Shown here: piece after piece, positions 63,125-64,000 of the stretch | Position numbering within the stretch: the first letter of the stretch is position 1 | Layout of the letters: every line of letters starts with the position of its first letter | The notes under the pieces: generated by a model | What the model saw: only the letters and a program-made list of their open reading frames with translations | Database searches by the model: none | What the model was told of the DNA's origin: nothing | Assembly: GCA_964016885.1 (NCBI GenBank) | Contig: OZ024740.1 | Span: 196,106,001 to 196,170,000 of the forward strand | Reading direction: 5' to 3' | Source of the DNA: Eledone cirrhosa | Lineage: Eukaryota | DNA: 64,000 bases | Program-made: the position numbers and the translations under genes

Positions 63125-64000
63125 TTAAGGTAGAAGAGATTAAGAATATAGTTTACAAATATGCTCTCTCCTATGACTACATCTTTAGTACGAGCTTTGT
63201 GGATATTATATCATCTCAAGAATCAAAAGCTTCAGAAAAAATAATATAAGTTTTGATGATTTAGTGTAAAGAATAAAAACTAATGTTAAAATAAAAATAT
63301 ATTTTTAAAAATGAGGTCCTCAAGGGTGTGTGACCCTAAGCCATAGCTTATTTAGCTTCTAGATAAGACCAGTTCTGCATACTACCAATCAATAATATAG
63401 AAAACGTATCCCATTATAACTCTATTAATATTTTTTTATTTATTCTAATTTTTTTCACATTTATTAATTAGAGATGGAAGGTTTTATTAGAACTCCATCT
63501 CACTTTTACTAATGTAGTTTAATTCATCAGATGTAAGATTAGGCAACACTAATATGACTTACATTGTGCTAACTAAAGTCAGCATTAATAATATAGTTAG
63601 TATAACTAAAATTCCACTATATTATTTATAATTATAATAGAATGATAATATGATTATAATAGAATATTTAATTTATGAACTTCATACCACTATAACCACA
63701 TTAAATTTATTTTAATCTATTATAAGTTTAATTTAATTAAAAATAAGTATAACCAGTTTAAATAAAATACAATCTCACTTTCACTTAATATAATTTTAAT
63801 TAATTTATTTTAATTTAATACACTTCAATGTGTATCACCATGCTCTCCTTTAAATTATTTTATTTTACTCTTAATTGGAGTGTGTGTGAGGGGGGTATGA
63901 CCCTTTCAAAGCCTCAAAGACTGGTAAGTTTCCTTTACTGGTTGAACTTCTGTAGTAACATTATTTTCATAGAGGTAACAAGACTCAAAAACTTGCAAGC

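Noticed and set aside
63400-63830. Very AT-rich stretch resembling a mitochondrial insertion (NUMT)
   Set aside because: No mitochondrial gene, tRNA or rRNA motif could be recognised.

Overview
AT-rich, repeat-dense animal genomic DNA. The SINE, LINE and microsatellite make-up suggests a coleoid cephalopod such as Octopus; this is an inference. One host gene is recognisable: a minus-strand neurensin (NRSN/Vmp family) orthologue of 244 aa, with two coding exons (22432-22202 and 4136-3633) split by an 18 kb phase-0 intron. A possible non-coding first exon with an RFX X-box lies near 44.1-44.2 kb. Nearly all other identifiable sequence is mobile DNA: a complete but decayed 4.2 kb Ty3/Gypsy element (252-bp LTRs, CTAAC TSD); three Tx1/L1-like LINE copies, all inside (TATC)n arrays; a near-intact RTE LINE with a PHD finger in its ORF, plus decayed relatives; five clustered CRE-like (restriction-like endonuclease) fragments; a Penelope element with GIY-YIG, inverted pLTRs and hammerhead ribozymes; a non-autonomous Helitron; piggyBac- and hAT-type MITEs; CR1 tails; and several SINE families. 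The most notable observations are the PHD-bearing RTE, the apparent (GATA/TATC)n-targeting Tx1 family, the minimal hammerheads (one sense-oriented in the neurensin intron) and a 221-bp intronic fold-back. No database searches were run, so novelty is unverified and many repeat boundaries are approximate.
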